A DNA stretch of 64,000 nucleotides from assembly GCF_964355755.1 (NCBI RefSeq), contig NC_092675.1:3281812-3345811 (forward strand), given 5' to 3'. This document shows positions 12,297 through 26,000 of this stretch, one piece after another. Position 1 is the first letter of the stretch, and each line of letters starts with the position of its first letter. The translations under genes were made by a program, and so were the position numbers. This DNA is from Antedon mediterranea. Taxonomy: Eukaryota > Animalia > Echinodermata. The notes beneath the pieces are model-generated. The model saw only the letters and a program-made list of their open reading frames with translations, was not told where the DNA came from and did no database searches.

Positions 12297-12801
12297 GTGA
12301 CTTTATAACAGAGTGCAGTACAATTTTCAAGTCAGTACAAAGTTTTCCAAATACAATATCAAGTATTCACTGCATGTTTTTAGCTGCCATTATATTATCA
12401 CATATTCAATGACTGTTGAAGAATCAGTAACTGATTTCGATTCAAATCCAAATTGTGCATACGAACATCGCCTATTTTCTCGACATGAAACACAATTCCC
12501 TCAGAGAATTTGGTTCGTTGAAACTGTTAACAAAAAACAAAAGAAAGTGTATTAATGATCAATAGACACTATTGTATTATTGTGAAAAATGTTTACGTAA
12601 GTTAGCTACCAGAGTTTTAATTTCGCATGTTCTTTCTTAATGAAGACCGTAGCAGATAATGGCAGGCCCAATGAACTCTATACATTGATACAATTCAAAT
12701 CAAAGTATCTCTAGGTATTTATCCATTCTATAGTCGGGCATATTTGAACCCCAATTAAGCGGACACATTCGGGGACCCAAAAAAGACGTATCCTTAAAGG
12801 T

Positions 12802-13178
12802 CCATTTACACTAGGACGATAACGTTCGACGATAAATAGACAAATATGCATTGTTCATACATAAAACAAAGAAATATAAAAACTTTTCATTCTAGAACTA
12901 TAGAATAACCATCTATGCTTACTTTGATGAACATTTTCACACGTCTAATCAAATGACGTCATGATTAATAAGAGGAAAAATATAACGATTTTATTGTTTT
13001 TATTTATCATGACGTCATTTGATTGGAATTTTAAAAATAGTATTTTTATCAAAGGAAGCATATTTAATGATTATTCTATAGTTCTACAACGAGAAAATTT
13101 CTAGTTTCTTTTGCTTTATGTAAACAAAATGCATGCTTATATATTCATCGTCGATCGTTATCGTCCTAGTGTAAATGG
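12802..13178. mobile_element. Fold-back MITE (long imperfect inverted repeat)
   Basis: ccatttacactaggacgataacg / cgttatcgtcctagtgtaaatgg termini plus internal inverted pairs (tagaactatagaataa, aatcaaatgacgtcatgat). Confidence 0.8.
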
Positions 13179-13623
13179 TATCGCCTGAATACGGTCATAG
13201 TAAACATATATAGCCGTTTGTTCATTTCAGGAAGTTACGATTGTCTAAGGGTGTCCAAAAGGAGGGGATTTACTGTTTTTAAGATGAAATAGTTTACTGG
13301 AAATCATTTTCAGTATTTCAAAAAACCAAATCGATCAACAAAATGGATGACATCGATTTAACGGCAAACGTTATTTTTTTTAATAACCAAACACTAACCA
13401 GACACTAAAGATTGGTAACAGCCAGGACTTGAATTCATGAATCGTGACTGTCAATCAAGTAGATAACAATAATGTTATCCGTTAGTCAAACTTCATTATA
13501 GCCTTTGGTAAACAAAGAGGCATCAGATGAGCTATGATAGAGGCACATTTTCTAAAATTAATAACAGATGCAAATATCGGCATGTTTTGTTATGGAAGTG
13601 CTAGAAAGAATGATAGAGCACCT

Positions 13624-13754
13624 GATGATGTTGTTGATGATGTTGATGTTGTTGATGATGATGATATTGATGATGATGATGATGATGTTGATGATGATGA
13701 TGATGATGTTGATGATGTTGATGTTGATGTTGATGTTGATGATGATGATGATAT

Positions 13755-13795
<41 letters not shown>

Positions 13796-13965
13796 TTGAT
13801 GATGTTGATGTTGATATTGATGATGATGATGATGTTGATGATGATGATGATGATGATATTGATGATGATGATGATGTTGATGATGGTGATGATGTTGATG
13901 ATGATGATGATGATGATGTTGATGATGTTGATGTTGATGATGATGATGATGATAATGATGATGAT
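13624..13965. repeat. Imperfect (GAT)n/(GTT) trinucleotide microsatellite, ~340 bp
   Basis: Directly visible; it explains the poly-D/M/H/I ORFs in the track. Confidence 0.97.
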
Positions 13966-15720
13966 AAATATCAAACAAGACAAGTACGAGTTTTACCTTT
14001 AGGTAGATGTTTAATCCATGATGCCATTATTCCGAATGTATTGAAGATAAATATATTACGTAATACGATGTTTGAAATCACAGTAAATCAATCGTCACGT
14101 CCAATTACACGGCCTGTGAATGAATAACGACTACTGAATTAATTTAGTTTGTCCTGGCAACGAGTTAACAGTGTTTACCTCACCTAATTCAATAAGACGA
14201 GTGCTCGTCAATAACATAATAATTAGGTTTTTTTGCTAACAGCACTTTACCCCAATATGAACAGTTAATTTGAAACCATTGATATTGTCATCGGTAAAAT
14301 GTACCTCTATGCGCACTATTAAGATGATCTAAATCTTTACTAAAAATCCAGCCGATTCTCGCACGGTATAGAAACTGCAAATGCCCACGGATTTTTAATA
14401 TAGACATCAGTACAATTATCCTGTGCGAAATTATCACGACATATTTTGTAATGTTTCTAATTTGCCTGAAACGTTTTTTTATGCCAAATTTTAACGAAAT
14501 AAATTACCAATACATTTGCGTTACCATTTCAATAATTATGGAGTGTATTCCTTTCTTTCGTCAGATAAGTACAAAGCAAGACAACAAAATGAACATAATG
14601 ATAAAATCCAAATAACAAGTGGCTTAGCAAAATGGAAAACGAAAAGAGAAATACACTATAATAATCAAAATACAGTGAAATTCGTATTCAATTAATAAAA
14701 ATCAATAAATAGTCTCTTTGTTTTGTTGATTGATTTTCCACAAATAAAAATATATCAAATATTTCTATATAGATAATTAATTGAGTATAAATGTAGATGG
14801 TGGTCTAATTTTTGCAAAATAGAGAAACAATAATTGAATTATAATAATTGATTTATAACACATATCTTAAAATTCAAAATAATTCTGTAATGATATTGAC
14901 ATTAACAAACTTGAAGAATTTGCAGATGATCTTTGCTGGGGTTAAGACCAACAGCACACAGGTAATGGAATCTGATCCGGAAGCACATTCCAAGATGAGC
15001 GCGGTAAGTGGCATCTTCAATTCCAAACCCTGAGCATATTTTTACTAAAATTATAGAGTCATGATGATCAGACGTGCATATCTCGCAGATCAACAATTTA
15101 AACAATTATGCTCGAAATTGTTCATGGAAACCAACGTCCTCGGCAAACAACGATAATAATGTCGGCCTTCTAATAATCGTAATAACACTTATGAGGTCTA
15201 ATTATAGAAAATCCTAATTAAAATTGTTGATCGCATATTTAATAATACAATGCTTAATGACACAGAACTATGAATAGCTGTACTTATAAACACAACAGGC
15301 AAAGAACATTCATTCTAAACCGCCCAGAGATATACTGAGATTCGAACATGGCACCTTCTGCTACTTATAGTTTTTTTGCAAACTAAGATAAAATTAATAA
15401 ATTATAGCAAATATTATGTAGCTACCGTTCTAAATTACATCTATTCAACGCCAGTAGCGCCTATATTACTCACTAAGGAAAAACATTGTTAATAACATAT
15501 CTTTACCTAACGTGACGTAACTATGTATACTTGTTTACAATCTTTACATTTCAAAATGTGTGGGTAAATAGTTGCTATGGTGCCGCGGCAACCAATGTAT
15601 ACATGATATCAGGAGTACTTCAACATAAATAATATTTAAATAAAGATAGTAAGGTTTATATAAATCGATGGAAAGATGATTATAATAGCGAATAAAACAA
15701 TACATTAAAACATCTATTAT

Positions 15721-16117
15721 AGCTTGTTTCCCACTAGCGGCGCAATATAACGCAATCTACGCCACGTAAGGAAATGCCCTTCCAATAATTGTGTTTGCCC
15801 CGCCTGCGTGATATCAAACCTGTGATGTTTGCAGCACTGTTGCATCGTCGGTTTCCACTTGTGATTACGCAATACATGACTTTGCGTCGATACGTCACTG
15901 CGTTAAGCGTGGTTCCCACTAGACCGTAACGCAAGGACGTAAACGCAACGCAAGCGTTTTAACCAATGACAAGCGAAGTTTAGACAGTTAGCAATCACAA
16001 GCGAATAAGCCATCGCTTGTGATTGGTCAATTCACTTGCGTTGCGTTACGTCCTTGCGTTGCGTCGCTAGTGGGAACCACGCTTTAGGTTGCGTTGCGTT
16101 CTAGTGGGAACCACTCT
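15721..16117. mobile_element. Nested Harbinger-like MITEs: subtype A (15906-16083) inside subtype B
   Basis: The inner element has complete TIRs and TTA on both sides. The outer element has agcttgtttcccactag / ctagtgggaaccactct ends and the subtype-B body seen at 45562, 49414 and 51247. Confidence 0.85.
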
Positions 16118-19100
16118 TAATGATATACTTTCTGAACCCCACAAAGTATGTCCCCCTTTAATAAAGTAGGGGTTAAGCCAATCATTCGTTTCACAGAAAA
16201 GGGTCTCCTTAATAGGGCACTGTATGTGATTATAATGACACTACTACTAAGACTATTATTTTATTGTCTTAAATCATTACATACCAAAAATAATAGCAGA
16301 ATAACAGAAAGTCCTGTTCTCAGTAAAGAGCTCGTCTGATAAGTTATGACATTAAAAGTTAAAGATGACTGTTATAGAAATGTGCGCATAATACACCTCA
16401 AACTAATAGTTTAGTAATAAGATGTTTTTAACTTAAATTAGGGTACCACATCAATAATATGCCTATAGACAAAAGTAAGCCAATAATGAAAATTTCGTTT
16501 TGCCCTTTGTATCTAGAGTCAAACCATCAATCTGTCAATTTTTCCCAAATTCAATTCAAACTTCACTCGGTTAAGCGTACATGCCTACAGATTAGTTTAA
16601 TATAAATCAGTAAAAACTGAGTGTTTTCAAAACGCTGTTAAGTTGCTTCATTGAGGCATTCTCATCTTTTCTTTTTGGAAACACAAAACAGGTATTCATA
16701 ACATATAGGAAACTCACAGACTAAGAATGCTATTTCTCATTGTACTCAAGTTCCTGATGGAATGTTAAAATCATTACTTGCGAGTAATTTCCAAAATAAG
16801 ACTTATATGCCTACCTAATGCAGTCAGTATTGGTATTACTCTTGACACTCTTTTAGAAAAAAAACTTACCTAAACTACCACCCATGCGTTAATAACCAGA
16901 TTACTACAGTAGGAATCCCAATCAATTCTAAAATACTACACTACAACTTAATAGTAGGCACGTAAATAATGTATTGTACTTACAGTTGAAATAAAAAAAA
17001 AGTTTTAATCTCAAGAAATCGAATAAGATTGTTGTTTAGTCAAAACAGATCTATCGATCTGATGAGATTACAATACATTCCTATCTGTGTTTATGTCACA
17101 ACGTTAATACCGCGTCAGCTTCGATCGATCGTCTGAACGAAATGATGATATGTGCGCGCAGCAGGCGATTTTCTGGAAAGGACCAATGCTTAGGCTCATA
17201 TAATTCAATTTCGATTTTTACACTGTGCCGGCGGCAGGTGAAGTTGATATCTCGTGCCTTTTCATGAGTTCAGTTTTAAAGATATTTTTTGGTTAAAGTC
17301 AACAAAACCAATAACAATGTAAACTAGGGTTTAGTTTCTAATTTAGTAATCTAAAGTTAGTTTAATATTTAAGTTATCATGGCTACTGTACATGCGAGGG
17401 AACATACAGTTCAAAATATGTGGGGATTGTATTAACGTGTAATACTTAAAAGTAGGACCCAATGACCTAGTTCATTTCTTTATAGGCCCTATATCCTAAT
17501 TAACAATAAGGCCTATTGATTATCGTCCTGATGTTGCTGAATAAAATCTTGGATCTGAGTAGACTGTAGTTTGATATGGGTGAACTTCGACCTTTTAAAG
17601 TTCAATCAAATGAATATAGAAATGTATCAATCATTAACGTTAAATACACCTAATATTTTATCTATATTGTGACTGTTGTATGTTAATTGATATTAAATCG
17701 GCACGGTGGCGTCTTATATCATACATTTATCATGTACAAGACAATACGCATAAAAAATCGATTAAGCAATTTTAAATGTCAAATCACCAAACAATACCTG
17801 AATGATATATTAATTTTCAGAAACCGGAATTCATATAAATATTAAGTTATTCTTCATCTCCTCAAAATCAAATAGACATAGGCCTACTGAAAATAATCCC
17901 CTATAAACTTTATTTTTTTAGTTTGATTGCAAATATTTGCTAGTTACGTAAAACAAATCTGTCGTCCTTTGGATGAGACGTTAAGATATAGGTCAAATGT
18001 GTAAGCTGTAGATCTATTAGCCGTTACAATCATTGCGACTATGATTTACAAATCAACAGTTTACACCTAAGCCTACTTATTTTCGTATTTAATATTATAT
18101 ATTTTGGGACTCTTGTGAAAGACGTGTCTATTTTTCTAGGACAGCAAGTTGCCAAAGATGTAGTCCTACCAGCACATTTGTTGAAAACCATATAAATCGT
18201 CAAATTTATATACTTTTATCTGTTTGACCACTTCAAGGTAATGGAATTTGACTTACCTTTCTACCATCAATTGGTCGACATTGGTCATTTATAATCCAAA
18301 GCACCATGATGCATTATTTATTCGACTTCTGAGCAGACAAGCTCCAGCATATCCAATAATCCTTTCCCCATACAATTTCATATGGATTACAGTTTGAAAC
18401 AGTTGCTTTTATAATCTTTAAATCCAGCATATGTTATAAGGTGTTTGTTATTTTTACCCTTTTGGTTATTCCAACACTAATTATATAGTAATTAGTTAAA
18501 GTAATAATGTGGACTACGATGTCAAGTCACGTACGTACGAAATATATATGAGAGTTTATAGAAACATGTAGCAACCTTGTTTGAATATATTTACTCTTGT
18601 TTACCCGTTGGGACGGGCTACTTCTAAACACAATGGTATTTTTATCGAGATGGTGGTAAAACGTCTTTGTTAAGTCGTGCAAGGAGTTGTAATCATAACC
18701 TTACGAACAAAAGCACGAACGTGTAAAAGGGTACATAATAGGTAACGGCGTGTAACAAACTGGGCTTGATGTTCCGGGAACTTCTAGTTTATAGGCTATA
18801 TTATTTTAGGCTACTTAATACATTTGTTACATAACAAACATGCAAAGTACCGTAAACATATATTGTTATTGAAAATACATTAGCACCAATTACCATGAAT
18901 ATATAATGCCAAATTGAATAATTTATATGAGTAAAATTAAAGTTTATAATAATGCTGTAGTATAAGTGTGAACTATATGGATAGTAACTTGTCACTGAGA
19001 CGAAACGTAACGTGCAGTCAGTGAAGGATTCACTCGTCCCTCATCTCTTCCCTTATAAACAGCACTAACACTGCAGTGTACCGCAGCAACAGTAACTTAG

Positions 19101-20012
19101 TGCGAGGGCGCTATTCGAATTTAATGCGGTCTTTGAGTAATTTTTTTGGCTTAACTTTTGTTCAATCAGTGAAGCGTGAAATTCTAACTCTTTCCTAGGT
19201 TAAATAAGCATTTGAATAAAATAATAATAATTGGGAATTGAATGGGTTTCCGTCAGATTTTTTTTTTAGCATTTAAAATTTATATATATTTTATTAATTT
19301 CACTGTAGGCTGGGACGTCCCATCGAAAGCGATTGAGTTCGCTGTAAGAGTCCCCGGTTCTAGCAAGTATGATGTATGTGTTTGTTTGTAAAATCCGGAA
19401 TAAATTGAATTGAATTGAACTTACTTAATCTATAAATAGTTTTATTTAACACAGAGCATTAAATCTATGTTATTGTCGTATGAATCCATTGAAATAAGAC
19501 ACCAATAATCAAAAATATTGTGATTTACTGTGTCTATGAAACACGGTAACGTACCATTGACAGATTATAATTTATGGTAACCAATCGCAGTTGATCGGCG
19601 TTGTATATACATAACGGACCACTAGCGTCTTAAAGACGTGTTCCATCTTTTTTGATATATTGAGAAATAGAAAGAATGTATGATAATGTTAAAAGCCATT
19701 ATCAACAAAGTGTGCATACTCTAATATCATATTGTGATATCTTGATTAAGATTAGCAAAGCAAGAACAATTTATAGTTCCGAATTTATTTTGGCATATAT
19801 TGCGTTCCATATACGATTTTGGCCAGGGTCCAATAAAGTAGTTGCTTAAACACACCCGACAATTTAATGGATAGAACAGCGTACTGATTGGTCCCCGGTC
19901 CCGTGTTCTTTGGAATATCAAACTTAGAATATTTACGTGTAAACCCTATTTATAAGCTATTTGAAGTTGTAAAGGGCAACAGTAATAAAGAGTGCTACAA
20001 GACAAGACAAAG

Positions 20013-23000
20013 ATGGGTGTTCCAAAATGGCAAGAAAACGTCATGTCAATATTAAGAATTCGAAGTCAACCCGTTCGTGAATTCTTGGCTGAATTTATGG
20101 GCACTTTCATTTTGATAGTAAGTAGGCCTACATCGTACTATATGTCGTGGACGGTTTGTTTATATTAAATAAAATCATGTGAGTTGAAATAATTAAGTAA
20201 GTTCTATACTACATACATCTATGTTGCCTTTAGTGTTGTCGCTAAGTACCAGTAAAAAATGTATGTTGTCATATATTTATCGTCAGTCTAACGATTCGGT
20301 GTTGTGTGTTTTACTAGTATTAAAGTAACTTGAACTGTAAAACTACAATTAAATTTCATTCCTGATTGAGTTTAAAGGCAATTCATATGTCCATAGATTT
20401 CCAAAACACCCTCCCACCCCGCCCAATCCTATACATATCCAGTAATACTAATTCATTGTAATCACAATGGCCCCGTTTCGTTGGTTAGGAACACTGTTTG
20501 AGTGTCCACTTTCAAATTATTTTTGAAATTCCTAATTTAGGGTTCCCGTTACATATACATAGTAACATTGCAGTGTCATTTGTTTTATGGTCCCAGTGTA
20601 TGAAGTTTTATGGTCCCAGTGTATGAAGCCATACACTTCACATTGTCACATTATGCGCCAAACCGTAAAACTGTTAATATTAGTTTACGACGAGCCCAAC
20701 AACAAAGTAAATATTAATAAGATATAAGGCTCACATAATACAATATTCTATAGTATGTTGATTCACGTGAGTAGGCCTATATTTTGCGATGAATATTCTG
20801 TCCGCTGAAATGATGACCTGACAGACGGAATTTTAATTGATACATATCGTCACCGTCACCACGAAGTGACACTAACCTAAAAATCTGTAATTTTTGAAAA
20901 TTTTTTTTTTTCGATATTTTGATTATGTATATCAAACTCTATGTTTTCACAAAATCTAAACTTTCAAATATCATTAATTAACTAATTACATTAATTAGAC
21001 AATATAAAAAAACACCATCATATGGAATTTGCGTTTTCACGAAGTGACACTATTTATTAAATACCCGTATGTGCTGCTTGCCAGCGCCACACGGGTAATG
21101 AATTTTGCGCGTTTGTTTACTGTTTTGGCCTAGCCTACAGCCTAGCTAAGAGGATCTGCTCGCACACTCCAGAACATTGCATTTTATCAAGAAAGACGGT
21201 AAGTTAATTAGTTTATTTAAAGAATTTTAGTCCGCTCAGATATCCGTCATGTCGAGGCCTATTATATATTTATTTTATAATTTATAAAACAGTAATTTAA
21301 CACACTTTTAGCCTAGGCCTAGTACTAGCTAGGCATAATAATAGGTAGGCCTAGGCCTACTTTACTTTTCTGTGACGTTTAGGCATAACTAGCTGGCCCA
21401 GATCAAAGTAGGCCTAACAAACTAGAGTATGTGTATGCCCAGGGAATAGTAGTAGTAGTACTACTACTACTTGGCTTGATAAAGTAGACCCTCTATTCTA
21501 GGCTAAACTACTCTGCTTGATTTTTAACAATAAGAAATCACTGTTAAAATGTGTTTTTTGTTTTCAGAACAGTTTCAAGAAAATAAGATAAGGGGCAACA
21601 ATCGAAATTCGATCAACAAGCAATCTGTCTACCTCAATTTAAGGGAGAAGGTATCAAGTCCAAGGTTTAAAAAGGGGAGGTGTAGGCAGCCTGTAGCAAG
21701 TGTTTATGTTATATGAGCATTTTAGAGGATGTGTACATCACAGAACAATGGATTGAATAAATTAAAAAGCATACTGATATAGAAGAAAATAATGTAACGA
21801 CATTGATTAAGTATTTAATGATTTATAACAATAGAGAATTATCTTCGATATAAATTAATACGGGCATAAGTATTGTATTACTGAATTATTAATTGTTCAA
21901 TGTTAAAAAAATAACTAATATTTATTATAATATGGAAAAGAAAATATGAATATGTACATTATGCTTACTGTACATTCCAGATAGGCCTATTTATATGTCT
22001 ATGTAATTTGTAGTTTTTATTAAAAGTGTTAAAGTAGGTCAACCTTTGTTTTTAGATTTATTTGATGTGGTTGTTTCATTTATAAATAGCCTAACCCTGT
22101 CTACACTACCAAACCATTTTGACAAAAAAAGTGTGATGTGCCCAAATATGGTAGGGATTACGCCATTGTGTCCATATAAGCACATCACATTAATGTTGGT
22201 CACATTAAGTTTGATTTTATTTATTTCAACAATATTTTACTAGGGTGGTCCATCCAGTCGAAGGTGATCATTAGATAGAAAGAACCTCACAAAAATGCAA
22301 TTTGATACAACAATAACATACAATTAAAAATTAAATCAAAATAATAGAATTTATGAAAACTAACAAACTAAAATAATGGAAAAATGAATAGAATCAAAAA
22401 GAAAATCAATGAAAACAATACATTAAATGGCCATCTCATTGGAGATGGCCATGCAATAAACAAGGAAGAGATAGTTCTTGAGCAAAAATGTGATGGAAAA
22501 GGAAGATAAAGCAAGTCGGATAGTGCAGGCAAGACTTAAAAGAGACATGACTGTTTGTAATGTATATATAATAGTGTTCACTTATCAAGGACCATACATA
22601 ATTGTTATGATGTAAGATCATTGCATTGGAAAGCTATGAATTACACAGTAGTGTCACTTCCAACGCACTAGAAATACGCGGTGAAATGGAATTTGCGGTT
22701 TCACGAAGTGACACTAACTGCATTAGTGTCACTTCGTAAGCGTAAACTGCGTAGGGAAATGATTTTTTCGGTTTCACGAAGTGACACTAATGTTTAACTT
22801 TATTTTACTTGGTAATTAATTAATATGATTAAAATTAAATTAAAGTAATGGGTAGCTGGATTGTCTAACTTTGTATGTATGTAAATTAAAAATCTTAGTG
22901 ACATTTTTTGAGGACGAAATCGTGTGTTTTGTGAAGCTCGTTTCTTCAATCACGTTTTTCTCGAAACGCTGTTTTCATCAATTACGCGGTTAGTGTCACT

Positions 23001-26000
23001 TCGTGGTGTCGACGACGATATATCGTCAGAGTACGTTCGACGAAGTTCATAACAATTTATAGTAGCTCGCTAATAGTATAAACAGCTAGAAAACACTACT
23101 GCAAAGATGGCCTTTACCACTGCTTAAACCATATACAAACTACATAAAGGCATTTTTAAATTTTAAAAACGATTGATTTCTTGAATGATTGAATTAAAGA
23201 AGAATTCTTTGACTTGCACAAGTCATCATCATGTCACGGGAATGTACTCTTTACCATATGCTTTTTTAATAACATTGATGATAAAATTATTAATGTTAAT
23301 CTTACCACCAGTCTGCTCTGCTCGTTTGCGCTTTCCAAAGGTCACTGCCAGGGTGATAAACGTCTGACTTGATAAGACAATTGTAACCTCTACAAGATCA
23401 ATATTAAAGCATAAACATTTATAGTATGTATCTTTCTATGGCAAAAATATAGAGAATCCGGTTAGTATAAAAGTAGTACTGTAACTGCAATCAATACGTT
23501 ATATTGCCACCAAGAAGCAGGCTCTGTCCCACAGGGCCCACACGGCAAGCGGGTTTTATGGTTCTCTCTATGATAGACCTAAATTCACTCATGTTTAGAC
23601 CTATTATAGTACTTGACACAGGCCTACATAAATGTACTCATTCATGCTCGTTTGTTTACTACCGTACCGTTTTAGATAAAAACGCATGGATCAGGACATA
23701 TAGTACACAGAATACATGCCACCTCCCTGGACAGCAGATCAGATGTTATATATTAGTATTAACTGATGACATTTATCAGATACACGTATAATTTAAACAC
23801 TAGTCGTCAATAAAATGTTGCCACCTATATGACAATCATATATCTCAGATATAAGATTTTGAATCCCCAGAATCTCATTAATGGTGAGTGGGTTTTTGTT
23901 TGAGGAAGTTTAATTCAACAAAACTAGTAAATTCATTTTTAGAAAGAAATCAATCAACCAAGCACACAGGTGTAAGATGCTGCTGACCTCTATCACAGAG
24001 CTACCGATAGCAACGTTCCTTTATGTTTAGAAAAGTTTCTCCACTCCGAAAAACACTAAAGAAAATAACACAGGTACAACACTGTATCTTTCAGCGAATA
24101 TTCGATTTATAAAAAAAAACGATTATCAGACTTGATTGATTTATATATTATTTTAGGATACAATATCCGTAACTGACTACCAGCCATTGTAACTCTGCAG
24201 CCAATAAAAAACACGATAAACTTATATACAAAATTAAACAATTGCATTCATAAATTTGTAGAATATTTAATGACTTTATAACACGATTTACTTATGTAAA
24301 AATAAAACAATTCATAGATATACGTAGAAAAGATTAAATGACTGATTTACTTTGTACTGCTGCAGAAATACAGTATGACAAACTTTTATGCGTCGTATTG
24401 AAATGGTGTCTTTTGTGTGTTGCTGTATTAAATGTTGCATATTGTGTGTTCTATGCAAAGAGGGGTGCCCTATGTTTGTGTTGTGATGAAGTGATGGTTT
24501 GGTGCTTTACCAAGTGAAGCACTTTGTGTGGTGCTGTACGAGGTGATGCACTTTGCGTAGTGCTGTACCAAGTGATGCACTTTGTGAGTTGCTGTACGAG
24601 GTGATGCACTTTGTGTGGTGCTGTACCAAGTGATGCACTTTGTGTGGTGCTGTACCAAGTGATGCACTTTGCGTGGTGCTGTACCAAGTGATGCACTTTG
24701 TGAGTTGCTGTACGAGGTGATGCACTTTGTGAGTTGCTGTACGAGGTGATGCACTTTGCGTGGTGCTGTACCAAGTGATGCACTTTGTGAGTTGCTGTAC
24801 GAGGTGATGCACTTTGTGAGTTGCTGTACGAGGTGATGCACTTTGCGTGGTGCTGTACCAAGTGATGCACTTTGCGTGGTGCTGTACCAAGTGATGCACT
24901 TTGCGTGGTGCTGTACCAAGTGAAGCACTTTGTGTGGTGCTGTACCAAGTGAAGCACTTTGTGAGTTGCTGTATCAAGTGAAGCACTTTGTGTGGTGCTG
25001 TACCAAGTGAAGCACTTTGTGAGTTGCTGTATCAAGTGAAGCACTTTGTGTGGTGCTGTACCAAGTGAAGCACTTTGTGTGGTGCTGTACCAAGTGATGC
25101 ACTTTGTGTGGTGCTGTACCAAGTGAAGCACTTTGTGTGGTGCTGTACCAAGTGAAGCACTTTGTGTGGTGCTGTACCAAGTGAAGCACTTTGTGAGTTG
25201 CTGTATCAAGTGAAGCACTTTGTGTGGTGCTGTACCAAGTGAAGCACTTTGTGTGGTGCTGTACCAAGTGATGCACTTTGTGTGGTGCTGTACCAAGTGA
25301 TGCACTTTGTGTGGTGCTGTACGAGGTGATGCACTTTGCGTGGTACTGACCAAGTGATGCACTTTGTGTGGTGCTGTACCAAGTGATGCACTTTGTGAGT
25401 TGCTGTACCAAGTGAAGCACTTTGTGTGGTGCTGTACCAAGTGAAGCACTTTGTGTGGTGCTGTACCAAGTGAAGCACTTTGTGAGTTGCTGTATCAAGT
25501 GAAGCACTTTGTGTGGTGCTGTACCAAGTGAAGCACTTTGTGTGGTGCTGTACCAAGTGATGCACTTTGTGTGGTGCTGTACCAAGTGATGCACTTTGTG
25601 TGGTGCTGTACCAAGTGATGCACTTTGTGAGTTGCTGTACCAAGTGATGCACTTTGTGTGGTGCTTTACCAAGTGATGCACTTTTTGTGGTGCTGTACCA
25701 AGTGATGCACTTTGTGTGGTGCTGTACGAGGTGATGCACTTTGCGTGGTACTGACCAAGTGATGCACTTTGCGTGGTGCTGTACCAAGTGATGCACTTTG
25801 CGTGGTGCTGTACCAAGTGATGCACTTTGTGTGGTGCTGTACCAAGTGATGCACTTTGTGAGTTGCTGTACCAAGTGAAGCACTTTGTGTGGTGCTGTAC
25901 CAAGTGATGCACTTTGTGTGGTGCTGTACCAAGTGATGCACTTTGTGTGGTGCTGTACGAGGTGATGCACTTTGCGTGGTACTGACCAAGTGATGCACTT

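Noticed and set aside
13534-14127. Poly-Asp, poly-Met, poly-His and poly-Ile ORFs (possible acidic matrix protein)
   Set aside because: All arise from the (GAT)n microsatellite being stop-free in several frames; there is no signal peptide or convincing splice context.
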